A DNA stretch of 64,000 nt, from positions 647,498 to 711,497 of the forward strand of contig KV454011.1 of the NCBI GenBank assembly GCA_001661245.1. Direction: 5' to 3'. The position numbers and the translations under genes were made by a program. The DNA comes from Pachysolen tannophilus NRRL Y-2460. Its lineage: Eukaryota. Below are positions 10,301 through 21,908 of this stretch, in pieces; the stretch's first letter is position 1; each line of letters begins with the position of its first letter. The notes beneath the pieces were generated by a model. The model worked only from the letters and a program-made list of their open reading frames with translations, was not told where the DNA came from and ran no database searches.

Positions 10301-11980
10301 ATTAATAGAAACTTCAACTCTACAATGAGAAATGTTTTGTAAAGATTTGAAATCTCCATTTTTGAATTCCAACCAACAAGGACCCATAATATTTCTTTCT
10401 AGTACAAATGTTTCAAAAATTGAATTATTAGAACCAAATAAATGACTAAAAGTTTCACCTTCTAGTTCTGATGGTAACGTTAACCTTGAATTTTTAGGAG
10501 TATCATAAGGTAATAATACTTTCAAATATTCTGTTTCTTCTCTTGGTATATTTGGTAATTCAAAAGCATATTTTTTAACTTCTGGTTTGGCTCTTAGCGA
10601 ATCAAGACCATATTTCTCTAATAGTAAAGGCACTATTTCTTCATGAACATCTAATGCTGTAACCTTTTCATCTGTTAGTCCATCATCTGTTTGACGAAAT
10701 TTTCTTGGTAAGAAGTATAAATTTCTAGCTATATTATTAATTTGGACAACTCCTGAAACTAATTCATTATTTTTAGTTTTCATTTTACCAAACAATAAGA
10801 GAGAATTTCCAACTTCTGCATAGTCTAGCCAATACATCTTAAAAGAAGGGTTTTCCTCATCTTCATCTAATTCAATAATATCATCTGATGAAAGTTTTGT
10901 TACAGTGGAGGTCCTTGTTGGAGACGATGTCAATCCATTTGATGATAAATTAGTCAATGACCCTATTGGTGACGAGTTTAAATGAGTGCTTTTAACTGTA
11001 GGTAATTTTTTAGTAGCTGCAAGATTGACTGATCTATCAACTCTTGAAGTAGCAGCCCTTGGCCTTCTACTAACTATTATGTCATCATCATCATCATCAT
11101 CTTCTTCTTCTTCGTTATCATTATCATCATCCAATTTTTCAAGTTCAATTTCTTCTGTTTCCTTTATTAACGGTGATAGTGGATCTTTTCCACTAGTAAG
11201 ATTTTTGATTTTGCTTATATCCAGCATTCCAATATCACCATCCATCGTATCCTTTTTAAAAACTATAGGGGAAGAAGGTTGTTCAATGGTAAAACTATCA
11301 TCAACGTTATTATCTGAAGAGATCTTTAATTTCTTATGGGATGAAAAATCATCATTTTTAAATAATGAAAATGCATTTTCTCTTTTCAATGAGCTATTAT
11401 TTGGCGTAGAAAAAGTTTGTTTCTTTGCTGAACTGAAAATATCTTTTTTTTGAAGTCCAGATTTTAAAAAATTAAATGAAGAATTAGAAGTACTAGTTGT
11501 AGATTTTTTCACATCAAAATCGTTTAAGATATCATCAAAAGAGGTAATATCCAATTTTTTCTTACCTGAAATCAAATTAGAATTATTACCACTAGAATTA
11601 TTTTGATGATTCTTATTCAAAAATTCCGCTATAGTGGGATTTTTCTTCACTTTTCTTTTCCTTTTCTTAGCGCCTTTACCATCACCATTACCTTCACCTC
11701 CTTCACTACCATCATCACCTCCATTACTTTCTTCTTCACTATAATAGTTATGAGTGCGCGAATCCCATTCATCCACACCGTTATCCACATATCCCTCACC
11801 ATTATCTTGGACAACAAAATCATCTTTCAACAATTCATCCCTCTTATGCTTCCTATATTCATCTTCATCAACTTCATCATATAAATTATAATCTTCATCA
11901 TCATTATCGAAAACCGCCAAACTCGATTTAGCAGCCCTAGCAGCCTTGAACCTAGCAAACTTATCTGCTTTCTTAGCCAT
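7400..11980 (-). CDS. POL1: DNA polymerase alpha catalytic subunit
   Basis: Family-B motifs DFNSLYPSII, KLTANSMYGCLG, YGDTDSVM; N-terminal DDFVV.D.GEGY; C-terminal Cys zinc motifs. First ATG at 11980. Confidence 0.98.
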   Translation of the reverse strand: MAKKADKFARFKAARAAKSSLAVFDNDDEDYNLYDEVDEDEYRKHKRDELLKDDFVVQDNGEGYVDNGVDEWDSRTHNYYSEEESNGGDDGSEGGEGNGDGKGAKKRKRKVKKNPTIAEFLNKNHQNNSSGNNSNLISGKKKLDITSFDDILNDFDVKKSTTSTSNSSFNFLKSGLQKKDIFSSAKKQTFSTPNNSSLKRENAFSLFKNDDFSSHKKLKISSDNNVDDSFTIEQPSSPIVFKKDTMDGDIGMLDISKIKNLTSGKDPLSPLIKETEEIELEKLDDDNDNEEEEDDDDDDDIIVSRRPRAATSRVDRSVNLAATKKLPTVKSTHLNSSPIGSLTNLSSNGLTSSPTRTSTVTKLSSDDIIELDEDEENPSFKMYWLDYAEVGNSLLLFGKMKTKNNELVSGVVQINNIARNLYFLPRKFRQTDDGLTDEKVTALDVHEEIVPLLLEKYGLDSLRAKPEVKKYAFELPNIPREETEYLKVLLPYDTPKNSRLTLPSELEGETFSHLFGSNNSIFETFVLERNIMGPCWLEFKNGDFKSLQNISHCRVEVSINSPNECVVMKDQLPSPPLNVVSISVQTTMNSKSNKQEIAAVSLAVYKDLPQDLPIDENLQPNDTVTLVRNIAFPPGILPLAKQQNFNLRTFKDEKTLLNCLCALIKVNDPDTFVGHRLENISLDALVHRMYDLQISTWSNFGRRNRKSWPDRFGSSSNNKNGLNNLQVREIFQGRLLCDIANEMGQSLTTKCQSWDLSEMYQVVCKKTSIDFEINLSNPKILEDANTLMINLKEILKNALISAEIAFRIQILSLSKQLTNLAGNAWSHTLGGTRAGRNEYILLHEFTRNGYIVPDKENRYNRNAEIRALKTMNDEDRNDDAIATSSKKSKYQGGLVFEPEKGLHKNYVLVMDFNSLYPSIIQEFNICFTTVNRSLSNQDEIPSVPDLGIEQGVLPRLLATLVNRRREVKKLLKDSKSTQAEKIQYDIKQQALKLTANSMYGCLGYVNSRFYAKPLAMLVTNKGREILMDTRQLAESLGLRVIYGDTDSVMIDTGSIDYKEALLIGSEFKLKVNERYRLLEIDVDNVFKKILLHAKKKYAAMNVVSFENNTEVLNLEVKGLDMRRREYCQLSKEVSTYVLNKLLSSKSSNGEDDDSEQTLNEIYDYLTEITSKIKNNEIRIDKYAINTRLSKDPKQYAQGKTMPSVQVALRLRKQGKVIKAGAVITFVITEGDESISAAERARSLQEIMANKSTNEYKPDAQYYLEKQIYAPVERLVERIDSVDLVRIATSLGLDSKKYEHRARSSTASNELQPLESMISDLERFKNSEYLTLQCSCGSSFKFGGIQASKDYMITHHGVQCNRCSTNFSNLRVTSQLEKIIRANISLYYSGWLYCDDVTCGIVTRQISVYGRRCIGHSGKAHGCKGIMRYRYSDKQLYNQLLFFDSIFDVDKAKKRSLKPLYEEQGEEDKENVKPITQGLLDALCEQNRDFFDICRGVINRYLNNSGRRYVDMGSIFEFMVPEQKAVN

Positions 11981-12124
11981 ATCCACTCCACTTCGTGATA
12001 GCAAAAATTCAAATTCAAAGATAATATAACCTGCTATCTAATTAAAAGAAATTCATCATTAATTGAAATCAAACTAATATTTAAACACCATCTTGCAATT
12101 AATTATACAATAAAACAAACAAAA

Positions 12125-12233
12125 ACGCGTAACAAAAAAAAAAAAATACAAAAAATTGCCTAATCGGGAATATTTGTAATTATGAGCACTACTGTTTTAG
12201 AGTACGCATTTACTAAAATGTTAGCGTACGCGT
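12125..12233. promoter_or_regulatory. Two MCB elements (ACGCGT at 12125-12130 and 12228-12233) and an Mcm1-like site (12156-12170) upstream of POL1
   Basis: Exact MluI boxes upstream of a replication gene, the known MBF G1/S arrangement. Confidence 0.75.
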
Positions 12234-12497
12234 AATGCATACGCATAATAATTTTGCAAGTGCTGTACGCATTTGTGTCAATTAAAGTGGTCCGCATTAA
12301 GATGATTTAAAAGCGCGCATTGTGTAACTTTAACTGCGCGCGTTTTTGAGGAAAAAAGTGTGTGGTTTTTCTTTTCTCTGTCTCTTTTTTAATAAAGATA
12401 ATGAATAAATGGTACCATCTAGGTATAGTAAGTAGTAATAATAAAAGTATAAACTAAAAGTAATTAAAACCTCTAATCAAATATAACGAGGAGTGAT

Positions 12498-13355
12498 ATG
12501 TCATTTGCTAAGTTTGATATAGAGGCTCAACGAGAAGTTGGGTCTGGTGATAAGGATAATCAGATTAGTGATAATTGGAATCATTTATCTTTAGAATTGT
12601 CTGATTTTGCTAATAATTTACAAAAATTTGAAAAATTGGTATTACAATTGGGTTCCAAAAGAGATAATAAGAATTTAAGAACAAATATTTCTACAATATT
12701 TGAAAGTTTACAAAAATTGAGTGATTCTATAAATGATAAGTTGAATAATTTAATACTTCATAGTGAGAATGATCCACCAAATATTAGATTTACAAAGGAA
12801 AAATTGAAAAAAGAATTTAATAATTTAAATTCTACTTATCAAGTAATTAAAAATGATTATTTAGGAAAGTTACAAAATATAATAATAAATAATGAATTCA
12901 ATAATAATAATAATAATGATAATAATAATCTTATAATACAGGAAGAAGAAGAACTGCTGCTGCATGATAAAAGAGAAACAGACCCTTTACTAAATGGTGG
13001 AACTGGTCAGCGACAATTATATACACAACAACCACTGCAAGCTACAATAAACCAAACAGATTTAGAATTCCATTCGTACTTGGTGCAACAAAGATCACAA
13101 GATTTGTCCCAGTTGAATACTGGAGTACAAGAGCTTAATAGTATTTTTAAAGATTTGAATAGTTTGATACAACAACAGGGTAATAATATTGATAGAATTG
13201 AAGATAATTTAACTACTTATGCTGATAATCACCGTTCTGCAAATCAAGAACTAGTCAAGGCTGATAAGTACCAGCGAAAAAAAGGTAAATGGTGCCTATT
13301 GATATTGCTGGTATTGGTATTATTTTTAATTGTAATTGTATTGATAATATCTTAG
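12498..13355 (+). CDS. VAM3: Vacuolar/endosomal syntaxin (Qa-SNARE)
   Basis: Habc domain (LGSKRD..NLR), acidic dileucine ETDPLL, SNARE motif IFKDL..LIQQQG..IDRIEDN, C-terminal TM. Confidence 0.75.
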   Translation: MSFAKFDIEAQREVGSGDKDNQISDNWNHLSLELSDFANNLQKFEKLVLQLGSKRDNKNLRTNISTIFESLQKLSDSINDKLNNLILHSENDPPNIRFTKEKLKKEFNNLNSTYQVIKNDYLGKLQNIIINNEFNNNNNNDNNNLIIQEEEELLLHDKRETDPLLNGGTGQRQLYTQQPLQATINQTDLEFHSYLVQQRSQDLSQLNTGVQELNSIFKDLNSLIQQQGNNIDRIEDNLTTYADNHRSANQELVKADKYQRKKGKWCLLILLVLVLFLIVIVLIIS

Positions 13356-13483
13356 ATTTTGTGTAGCGAGAAAACAACAAAAAAAAAAAAAATTAATATA
13401 AAATAAATTAAATTGAAGGACAAGAAAAAAAAAATTGCCTGTTTAAAATAAATAAATACAAATTGTGAAAAGTAATATCGAGA

Positions 13484-14476
13484 ATGACGTCGTATTCACC
13501 GACGGCATCTGTCAAGTTTAATCCTGATGATTTGCCATATATAAATCCACGTTATGATAGAAGAGTATGTTTAATAACGGGAGCTAATTCTGGTATTGGG
13601 TGGTTTACTGCGTTACACCTTTATCTTCATGGTTATATTGTCTATATTGGAGGAAGGAATAAATTAAAAGTTGAAAGGGCTATTTCAGATATTACTAAAG
13701 AGGCTAAAAGAAGGAAACAAGAAAAGAGTTATATATATCTTGGGAAGTTAATTTTTTTAGAAATTGATTTGTTGGATTTAGATTCAGTTGAAAAATCAGC
13801 TGAAGAATTTAAGAAAAGAGAACCAAAATTGCATATATTAATTAATAATGCTGGAATTATGGCATTACCATTTAGTTATTCAAAGGATAATTTTGAAATT
13901 CAAGTTCAAACAAATTATATAAGTCCATTTTTATTAACTCAGAGGTTAATCCCATTGATGTCAACAGTGGAAAAATCAAGAATTTTATATGTATCTTCAA
14001 TAGGTCATAATTTATATTTTAAAAGATTCTCAATGGATTCGACATTTGATTATCATCCAAATATAATTTTTACTTGGCTTAGGTATGGGCTTTCAAAGAC
14101 ATCAGGTATTCATTATATTAAAAATCTTTCATTAAAATATCCAAATATTCTTTGTTTGGCGGTAAATCCAGGTTTTGTAATGAGTACAAATTTATTAAGT
14201 CATTGGACACGATTACCAATAGTTGGTTTATTTTTTTGGATTTTTTTCCAAATATTTGGATTTTTCTTTGGTGTTGATATTGAAACTGGTTGTTATTCTA
14301 CAATAAAATGTTGCCTTGATGAAAATTTAACTTCTGAGAAAGATAACGGTAAATATTTCTCTACATATGGTATTGAGCTGGAACCTAGTTCAATAGCTTC
14401 TAATATGGATTATGCTGCTGAAACATGGGTTTGGACTACTACTGAATTGAATAAAAGAGGTCACCCAATTGAGTGA
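13484..14476 (+). CDS. ENV9: Short-chain dehydrogenase/reductase, ENV9-like
   Basis: TGANSGIG, LINNAG, Y..SK motifs; C-terminal hydrophobic segment LPIVGLFFWIF; A.TW.WT..L..RG ending. Confidence 0.85.
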   Translation: MTSYSPTASVKFNPDDLPYINPRYDRRVCLITGANSGIGWFTALHLYLHGYIVYIGGRNKLKVERAISDITKEAKRRKQEKSYIYLGKLIFLEIDLLDLDSVEKSAEEFKKREPKLHILINNAGIMALPFSYSKDNFEIQVQTNYISPFLLTQRLIPLMSTVEKSRILYVSSIGHNLYFKRFSMDSTFDYHPNIIFTWLRYGLSKTSGIHYIKNLSLKYPNILCLAVNPGFVMSTNLLSHWTRLPIVGLFFWIFFQIFGFFFGVDIETGCYSTIKCCLDENLTSEKDNGKYFSTYGIELEPSSIASNMDYAAETWVWTTTELNKRGHPIE

Positions 14477-14808
14477 GATTTAAGCCATATGTAATAATTT
14501 TTTGTCTTTTTTTTTTTTTTTTTTATTTTTATTATTTTTTTGGTTGCTAAATTATTTAATTATTTTATTATAGAAAATGAAAATGAAAATAAAGAGAATC
14601 AGGTGTTTACTGTTAGCATTTATTATTTTATGGGTTTGTAGACAACCACGCGCATGCTACCTTATTGGGTAGCTCTAGACAGTTACTGATTTTAAATTCA
14701 TTCATTTGATTCAAATTCGTTACATGTAAGTTTATTTTTTTTTATATAAATTATAGACAACAACAATAACAACAACAAAAATAGTAGAAAAAAAGAAAAC
14801 AAAACATA

Positions 14809-17800
14809 CTAATTAGTTATAACTACACCAGGTTGACCAGGAATAGCTGCTTCTATGACTTTAGGACTAGCAACAATCTCGACTTTTTCACCAGTAATAA
14901 TATCTGTTCCAACTGTTTCACCACTAGCAAAAGAAATTGCTTGGATTTCTTGGCAGTTGAAAATTGATGTACTTCTTTTCAAAATGGCTAAAACTTTCTT
15001 GACTGTTTCTATCTCGTCAAATGAAAGTTTTCTATTGAAAACAACTTCTGCTGGCTCTGTAGTTAATCTTTGTTTCAAAAGTGAAATGAATGGCATAGCA
15101 CGCTTCATATCTTTACCATTGATTTTTTGCTTCAATTGACTGTTGTCATTCAAAGTATGGTTCTCAAAGCTTTCTCTAACCAATTCAATATATTGATCTT
15201 GCCAATCTGGGAAAGTGGATGAAATTAAGATTGTTAATTTGACAGGAGATTTGGAATCAACCTCTGCAGTCTTACTTCCCTTCTTCTTCTTTAAAATAGC
15301 ACCTTCTGTTTCTCTAATGGATCTTGATAAAGACCTAACATACTCTAAAGAATCAGCAATAGATTTAGAGACCGGTTTAGAACTCTTTGGGAAAGCAACA
15401 AATTGAGCAGATTTCTCCTTGTTTCCTAAGACTTCACGATAAATATATTCAGCAAAATGAGGAGCAATAGGTTGAAGCATTAATGATTGAGTTTCAATGT
15501 AACGAAGAGCTAAATCTTTGTGCATTCCTTCAACAATAACAGCTTCTCTGTAATAATCTCTAGAAACTTGATAGTCGAACAAACCGTGTTTCAAGGCAGA
15601 TTTGTAATTTGTCAAAGAATATTGTTTGTATGTTTCCTCAATTAATTGATTCATTTCATTTTCAAAAGCAATATCAAAATAGTTAAATTCTCCTGTTCTC
15701 AAATCACCAATGTTAGCCACAATCTGCTCCGACCAGTCTTTTAAAGTTGTCAATCTTAAAATCGCAGCATTAGCGTTGCTTTCATCAAAGTTTGCATCTT
15801 CAATACTATCACCTGCATCAGCCAACGCAATTCTTGATGCATCAGCACCAAATTTTTCTACAATTTGTTCTAATGTCATAAAGTTACCTGTAGACTTTGA
15901 CATCTTTGCATTGTTTAACAATAAATGACCATTGGATCTAATCGCCTTTGGATAGAATTTTTTTTGAAATAATGCTGTATGACAGTAAATGAAAAAAGTC
16001 AAATGGTTAGGAATTAAATCTTTTGCAGAAATAGATATATCCAATGGGTAAAAGTATTCAAATTCTCTTCTTAAAATATTCAATTTCTCTATTGGGATAT
16101 CTGACTTTATATCTTCTCTTCTGCAAAAAATATAATCAAATACTTCATCAGTCATCTGATCAGATGTAATACCTAATGGACCAATAACCTTTCCATAATA
16201 ATCTGTATGCAACAAATGATTAATGGTATAAAAAGCATGATAAACAGTTGAGTCTGAAAGGGATTCAACCAAATATTTAGGATCCCAAGGAATTTTTGAA
16301 CCTAAACCATAAGTTCTAGACAAAGCCCAACTCTTTAACCAATCAAAAACATTTTCAAATGCATGAGTAACTTCAGGAGTATAACAATTCATTTGATGCA
16401 AACATTCCAAAGATCTTTGTTTCCAATTTGGTTCACCATAATCAGTATACCATTGATCTTCCAAGGAAACAATACATTCGTCTCCTGATCTAGAAATAAC
16501 TAAAGATTCCGGTTCATTGTAAACAAATGCCAATTTTGAATCTATTAAATCTTGCTTGACTTTTGGTTTTGCAACTTCAACCTTCTCATTCTTATATTTA
16601 CCAGCAATCATAATACCATTATAAAAACCTTCTTTATAAGCCAATTCTTTTGCTTTTGCTAATTGAATTGAATCTTTTGGTGATTGAATTTTCAATTCAT
16701 TGACCAAAAATTCTGCACATTTTTCACCATATTTTTCTGTTTTAATAATAGGAACTAATTCAGGAGCAGCCCATTCTTTTTCAATACCATAATATTCAGG
16801 TTTATGGAAAAGTTCTTTTTGAGTAATGAAATCATCTGGAGAATCAGAAGGAACACAAGTAACAACACCTGTACCTTTTGAAGCCAATACAGTTTCCATA
16901 GGTAAAATTCTTAACTCTTTATGTACGGCCAATGGAGCATGAATCTTGGAACCAATCAAGGTCTTTCCATTAATATCAATAACAGATTTGAAATAACCTC
17001 TCTTTGGAGTCAATTTTTGATATGACATATTTTTAAAAGCACGTTCGGTACAAATGTAGTACTCATTATTTCCTGCATCAAAGATACCATAATCAATGTT
17101 TGGAGATACAAAACAACATGTTTGACCCAACATTGTTTCTGGTCTCAAAGTTGCTGCAACAAGGTATAACTTCTTACCAGCTGTGTCAAATTTATTTTCA
17201 TTAAAGAATTCTTTAGCAGATGGAGCAAATTCAACAACTTCAATCTTAATAGCTGTATATTCTTGAGGTAAAACAGCTTCACCTGATTGTCTATCATGAT
17301 CCATACATGGTTGACCATCTTTTACTGAGTATATTGTGTATCTTTCACCAAATTTTATCATACCCAATTCTTTCATTCTATTCATTTGCCATCTTACAAA
17401 AGCGTCATAATATGGGTTAACATCAGTGGTAATCATTGAACGTCTCCAATCAACTCTTCCTCCAAATGAAGTAACATCCTTTTCACATAATTGTGGGAAA
17501 TAATATAACCAATAAGTTGGGTCTGCAAATTTCGAAATTTCTTCCAATGGAATACCCAATTGCATCATGATTTCAAATTGATATTTACCTCTACCTTGTT
17601 TTGCTACAGCTTTTGATTTTTTTGCTGTGAATTTAGAAACATCTTCATGCTTTGTTGGCAGCTTTTTAGGTTCATCTGCTTCAGCTCCTTCCACCAGCTT
17701 TGGAGCACCAGAGAAATCAGGACCAAAATCTTTTACTTCTCTTATCAATTTATCAGCAGATGCCCTTATAGGCATACCAGTACAATGGAATCCAAGAGGA

Positions 17801-18226
17801 AAACAAGCTCTTTTACCATTCATTCTTTCAAACCCAGTAGCAAATTCGGCTTTTGATAAAGTAAAAGAGTGACCAGCATGAAGAACACCATTCATATATG
17901 GATAAGCCATTGTTGCAAAATGTTTTGGGTATTTTTCATGCAACTCTTCAAAAGAAGTACCAAATGGAACTTGCTCAAAATCTGGTGCATCTATTTCATT
18001 AATTTTTTCATCTTTCCAAATTTGTTGGTATTTTTTCTCAATCTCAATTAAAATATCTCTACGAGTGGTCTAAATCCAAATTGAATTGTTATTAAATGTT
18101 AGTAAAAAAAATTCTTCCATCTATCATTCAACTATTTTTTCTGTTTTCTTTTACACAGATAAATCATCATCACCATCATCATATACATACATTTTCAAGA
18201 ACGATGGTTTTATTTTCCGCACTCAT
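14809..18226 (-). CDS. CDC60: Cytosolic leucyl-tRNA synthetase; 2 exons (18226-18191, 18069-14809)
   Basis: HAGH and KMSKS motifs and CP1 editing domain (KGTGVVTCVPSDSPDD). Splicing restores the N-terminus MSAENKTIVLEN-TTRRDILIEIEKKYQ. Confidence 0.97.
18070..18190 (-). other. Spliceosomal intron of CDC60 (121 nt, phase 0)
   Basis: GTATGT donor at 18190, TACTAAC at 18104-18098, TAG acceptor ending at 18070; exon 2 is in frame with the tracked ORF. Confidence 0.95.
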
Positions 18227-18401
18227 TTTTTTTTTTTAAAAATACTAAAAAAATGATATAGATCACACCACTGATCAATTCAAAACAATAGATTTTATAT
18301 AAATATTTATATTACACACACATATATCTATATATATATATATATATATATATAACATATATTTAACATATATAACATTGAAGTTGATTCTTCCATACAA
18401 A

Positions 18402-18408
18402 TGAGTCA
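18402..18408. promoter_or_regulatory. Gcn4/AP-1 site upstream of LeuRS, with an RRPE-like TGAAAATTTTT nearby
   Basis: TGAGTCA about 175 bp upstream of the CDC60 ATG; synthetases are typical Gcn4 targets. Confidence 0.55.
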
Positions 18409-18595
18409 ATTTTGGTGAAAATTTTTAGAAAATGATGGTGCTTATTGACACTACAAAACCGGGCCGTTAAGAATATGGCAGAAAGAAGGTTGATAATACA
18501 ACAGGACAAGATACGAGTAGTAGCAATAACAGCAGCAATAGCATTAGCAGCAGCTATAGCAATAGCATTAGCAATAGCAATAGCGTTTGGAGTAA

Positions 18596-20002
18596 CTAAC
18601 GGGAGAAAAAATCTGTATCTCCAAACTCGTCTTCAAATTCTTCTTCGTCGTAGTCGTCATATTCATCTTCATCTTCCTCGGAGACACCTAGTTCATTTGG
18701 ACCAGTTTCTTCATTTTCATCACTTAATTCTCCATATAAGCTACCATAATCATCATCTTCATCTTCTAAGCCTTCCAATGAAGTTTGAATAATTGTTTCA
18801 CCTTTAGCTTGAGTACCTTTAAGAACTGTATAATTTGCTTCAATATTACAATTTGTTAATTTTGATTTAGTACTAATTACCACTTTTGCACCAACAATAC
18901 AATTTTCTAATAAGACTTCATCTTCTACAATAACATTATCCATTATTATACAACCTGTTAATCTGCAACGTTTACCAATATTACAATTATTACCAACTAC
19001 TGATCTTTTAACACTTGTTCTTTCAGAAATATTTGTATTTTCACCAATTTTAGAATCTGCACCTATTGTAGCTGCACCTTTTTCCTTGGGTACTATTGAA
19101 GGTTGAATTAATGATTTTAATTGTAATTTTAAATAATATCTATTTGCTTCAAGATAACTTGATAAATTATTACATCTTACAAACAGACATTGTTTTGGTA
19201 ATAAAAAAAATCCAATAGTTTCTCTTTCAGTTGAATGTTTCCAAGATCTTCTTGCTAAATCTCTCATTATCTTTGTACAAGATTTATTTGCTTTATTTTT
19301 GGAAAATTCTTCATGTACAATTGATAAAATTTTAAAAGAACAAAAAAAAATAAATGAATCTAATAATTTAGTTGATACAATTGATTTTGGATATCTCCAT
19401 ATCATTTGAGTTCTAACTTGTAATGCTTTTTGTAAATCAATAGATTCTTTTGAATATAAATCCAAAAAATTATCATGACCATCATCTTGAGATGAATATA
19501 TTGTATAATTTGATTTTAATAATTTTTTATCTATATTTTCAAATGAATTATGATAAAATATACCAAGACCCAAATCATCCAGAGATCTATTTCTATACGC
19601 CTCAATTAATACTTGAGGTGGTAAATCAGTAATAAAATCACATGGAAGTATAACAAAATCAGAAATAATACGATCTCGAAGAGAATTAACAATTTCACCA
19701 GTTGTAGTTAATAATTCACCATCAAATCCAATACAATTCATTTTACTAAATTTTAAAATATCCTTATCCCTCTTCAAATTGATATACGCATCAACAACTG
19801 GCTTTATCAGTACAAAATCATCATTATCACAAACCACTGTAACCTCTTTAAAAGGTGCTTGATCACACCATTCAAGAACATACTCAATCATAGCTTTATT
19901 AGCAATCGGTAAAAGTGCCTTCGGAACCCCACTGGCCCTCACAGACGAAAAGGGAGAAAGTAAATTCCCCTTACCACAAAATATTATAGCATGAAACTCC
20001 AT
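18596..20002 (-). CDS. GCD1: eIF2B gamma subunit
   Basis: MEFHAIIFCGKG, PKALLPIANK, ILPCDFITD, hexapeptide left-handed beta-helix repeats, acidic tail; RRPE TGAAAAATTTT at 20100-20110. Confidence 0.95.
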   Translation of the reverse strand: MEFHAIIFCGKGNLLSPFSSVRASGVPKALLPIANKAMIEYVLEWCDQAPFKEVTVVCDNDDFVLIKPVVDAYINLKRDKDILKFSKMNCIGFDGELLTTTGEIVNSLRDRIISDFVILPCDFITDLPPQVLIEAYRNRSLDDLGLGIFYHNSFENIDKKLLKSNYTIYSSQDDGHDNFLDLYSKESIDLQKALQVRTQMIWRYPKSIVSTKLLDSFIFFCSFKILSIVHEEFSKNKANKSCTKIMRDLARRSWKHSTERETIGFFLLPKQCLFVRCNNLSSYLEANRYYLKLQLKSLIQPSIVPKEKGAATIGADSKIGENTNISERTSVKRSVVGNNCNIGKRCRLTGCIIMDNVIVEDEVLLENCIVGAKVVISTKSKLTNCNIEANYTVLKGTQAKGETIIQTSLEGLEDEDDDYGSLYGELSDENEETGPNELGVSEEDEDEYDDYDEEEFEDEFGDTDFFSR

Positions 20003-20236
20003 ACCTATCTACCAATATCAATTTCTCTTTACTTATTTTACCAATTAAAACTAACTAACTAACTAAACTTCTTCAACCTGTCAATTTTATATTATACCTT
20101 GAAAAATTTTTGACTGAAAATTTATAATAGAAAGAATTCAAAGAAAGAATGAATTGAGAAAGAAAAGTGGTAGTGTGAAATTAACTCAAAAAAATTTGAT
20201 TTTTTTTTCTTCTTTTTGAGTTGAAAAGCTCAAAAA

Positions 20237-20244
20237 TTGCCACT
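20237..20244 (-). promoter_or_regulatory. Rpn4/PACE-like element AGTGGCAA upstream of RPT4
   Basis: TTGCCACT about 140 bp upstream of RPT4; the same 8-mer lies about 150 bp upstream of RPN11. Confidence 0.65.
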
Positions 20245-20385
20245 TTTTAATAAGACAACGATAATAATTGATGGATATAAATATATCAAGAGATAGATTT
20301 ATGATAGACTGGATTGAATAAGAGTAGAGTAAGTTTTGGAATTGAATTGAATTGAATTAAGTGTTTTGAAGCAGAGTATTGGAAT

Positions 20386-21708
20386 ATGAGTGAAGAGAAT
20401 GATCCGCTTTTGACTGCGTTAAGCGCTGATGATGAATCAAGAGTGAATGAGGGTGGTATTACCGCTGATGGTAGTGGTTCTGGTAGTGGTAGTGGTAGTG
20501 GTAGTGGTGGTGGTGGTGTAGGAGTTGTTGAAGATTCAGTTGATAGGGAAAGAGAAAGAGCTTTAACACAATTAAAGAATAAATTGATAGAACATAGACA
20601 ATGGGAGGCAAGGTTAAAGGATCTTAGGTTGAGTATACGAGGTTTGGAGAAGGATTATGATAAGACTGAAGATGATATTAAAGCTTTACAAAGTATTGGT
20701 CAAGTTATTGGTGAAATTTTAAAACAATTGGATGAAGAAAGATTTATAGTTAAGGCTTCAAGTGGACCAAGATATATTGTTGGTTGTAGGAGTACCATTA
20801 AGAGAGATTTATTGAAGCAAGGTGTTCGTGTTGCATTGGATATGACCACTTTAACTATAATGAGAATTTTACCAAGAGAAGTTGATCCATTGGTTTATAA
20901 TATGACAAGTTTTGAACCTGGTGAAATATCTTTTGCTGGAATTGGTGGGTTATCAGAACAAATTAGAGAATTACGTGAAGTTATTGAATTACCTTTGAAA
21001 AATCCAGAATTATTTTTAAGAGTGGGGATTAAACCTCCAAAAGGTGTATTGTTATATGGACCTCCAGGTACTGGTAAAACATTATTGGCTAAAGCTGTAG
21101 CTGCTACAATAGGTGCTAATTTCATTTTTTCTCCTGCTTCTGCAATTGTCGATAAATATATTGGTGAATCAGCAAGATTAATTAGAGAAATGTTTAGTTA
21201 TGCTAAAGAACATGAACCTTGCATTATATTTATGGATGAAGTTGATGCTATAGGTGGACGTAGATTTTCAGAAGGTACTTCAGCTGATAGAGAAATTCAA
21301 CGTACTTTAATGGAATTACTTAATCAAATGGATGGTTTTGAATATTTGGGTCAAACAAAAATCATCATGGCAACAAATAGACCAGATACTCTTGATCCTG
21401 CTTTATTAAGAGCAGGTAGATTGGATAGAAAAATTGAAATTCCATTACCAAATGAAGCTGGACGATTAGAAGTTTTCAAAATTCATAGTGCTAATGTTAG
21501 AAAACAAGGAGAATTTGATTTTGAAGCTGCAGTTAAAATGAGTGATGGGTTCAACGGTGCAGATATTAGAAATGTCATTACAGAAGCTGGTTTCTTTGCT
21601 ATCAGAGATGAAAGAGATTATATTCTTCAAAACGATTTAATGAAAGCTGTTAGAAAAGTTGTGGAATCCAAGAAATTGGAAGGAAAATTAGATTATGAAA
21701 AATTATAA
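20386..21708 (+). CDS. RPT4: 26S proteasome AAA ATPase Rpt4
   Basis: [43 protein letters not shown]-terminal [11 protein letters not shown]. Confidence 0.98.
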   Translation: MSEENDPLLTALSADDESRVNEGGITADGSGSGSGSGSGSGGGGVGVVEDSVDRERERALTQLKNKLIEHRQWEARLKDLRLSIRGLEKDYDKTEDDIKALQSIGQVIGEILKQLDEERFIVKASSGPRYIVGCRSTIKRDLLKQGVRVALDMTTLTIMRILPREVDPLVYNMTSFEPGEISFAGIGGLSEQIRELREVIELPLKNPELFLRVGIKPPKGVLLYGPPGTGKTLLAKAVAATIGANFIFSPASAIVDKYIGESARLIREMFSYAKEHEPCIIFMDEVDAIGGRRFSEGTSADREIQRTLMELLNQMDGFEYLGQTKIIMATNRPDTLDPALLRAGRLDRKIEIPLPNEAGRLEVFKIHSANVRKQGEFDFEAAVKMSDGFNGADIRNVITEAGFFAIRDERDYILQNDLMKAVRKVVESKKLEGKLDYEKL

Positions 21709-21908
21709 AAAAGCATTTTTATCCTATTTTTTTTTTTGTTGTTGTTGTTGTTGTTTGCCCATGTTAGTTTTTCCATCTCTTTTTAGTATTTAGTTTTTGA
21801 TATTTTTTTTTTTTTTATTTAAGAAAACAATAAAAAAAATAATTTTATATATCTATTGAAACAAGAAAAAAGTTTTTAAATAAAGACAAAAAATTACTAT
21901 ATACAAAT

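Noticed and set aside
18445..18792. 115-aa ORF with an AIAIA hydrophobic stretch
   Set aside because: Comes from a GCA/ATA microsatellite in the GCD1 3' region and overlaps GCD1 antisense.
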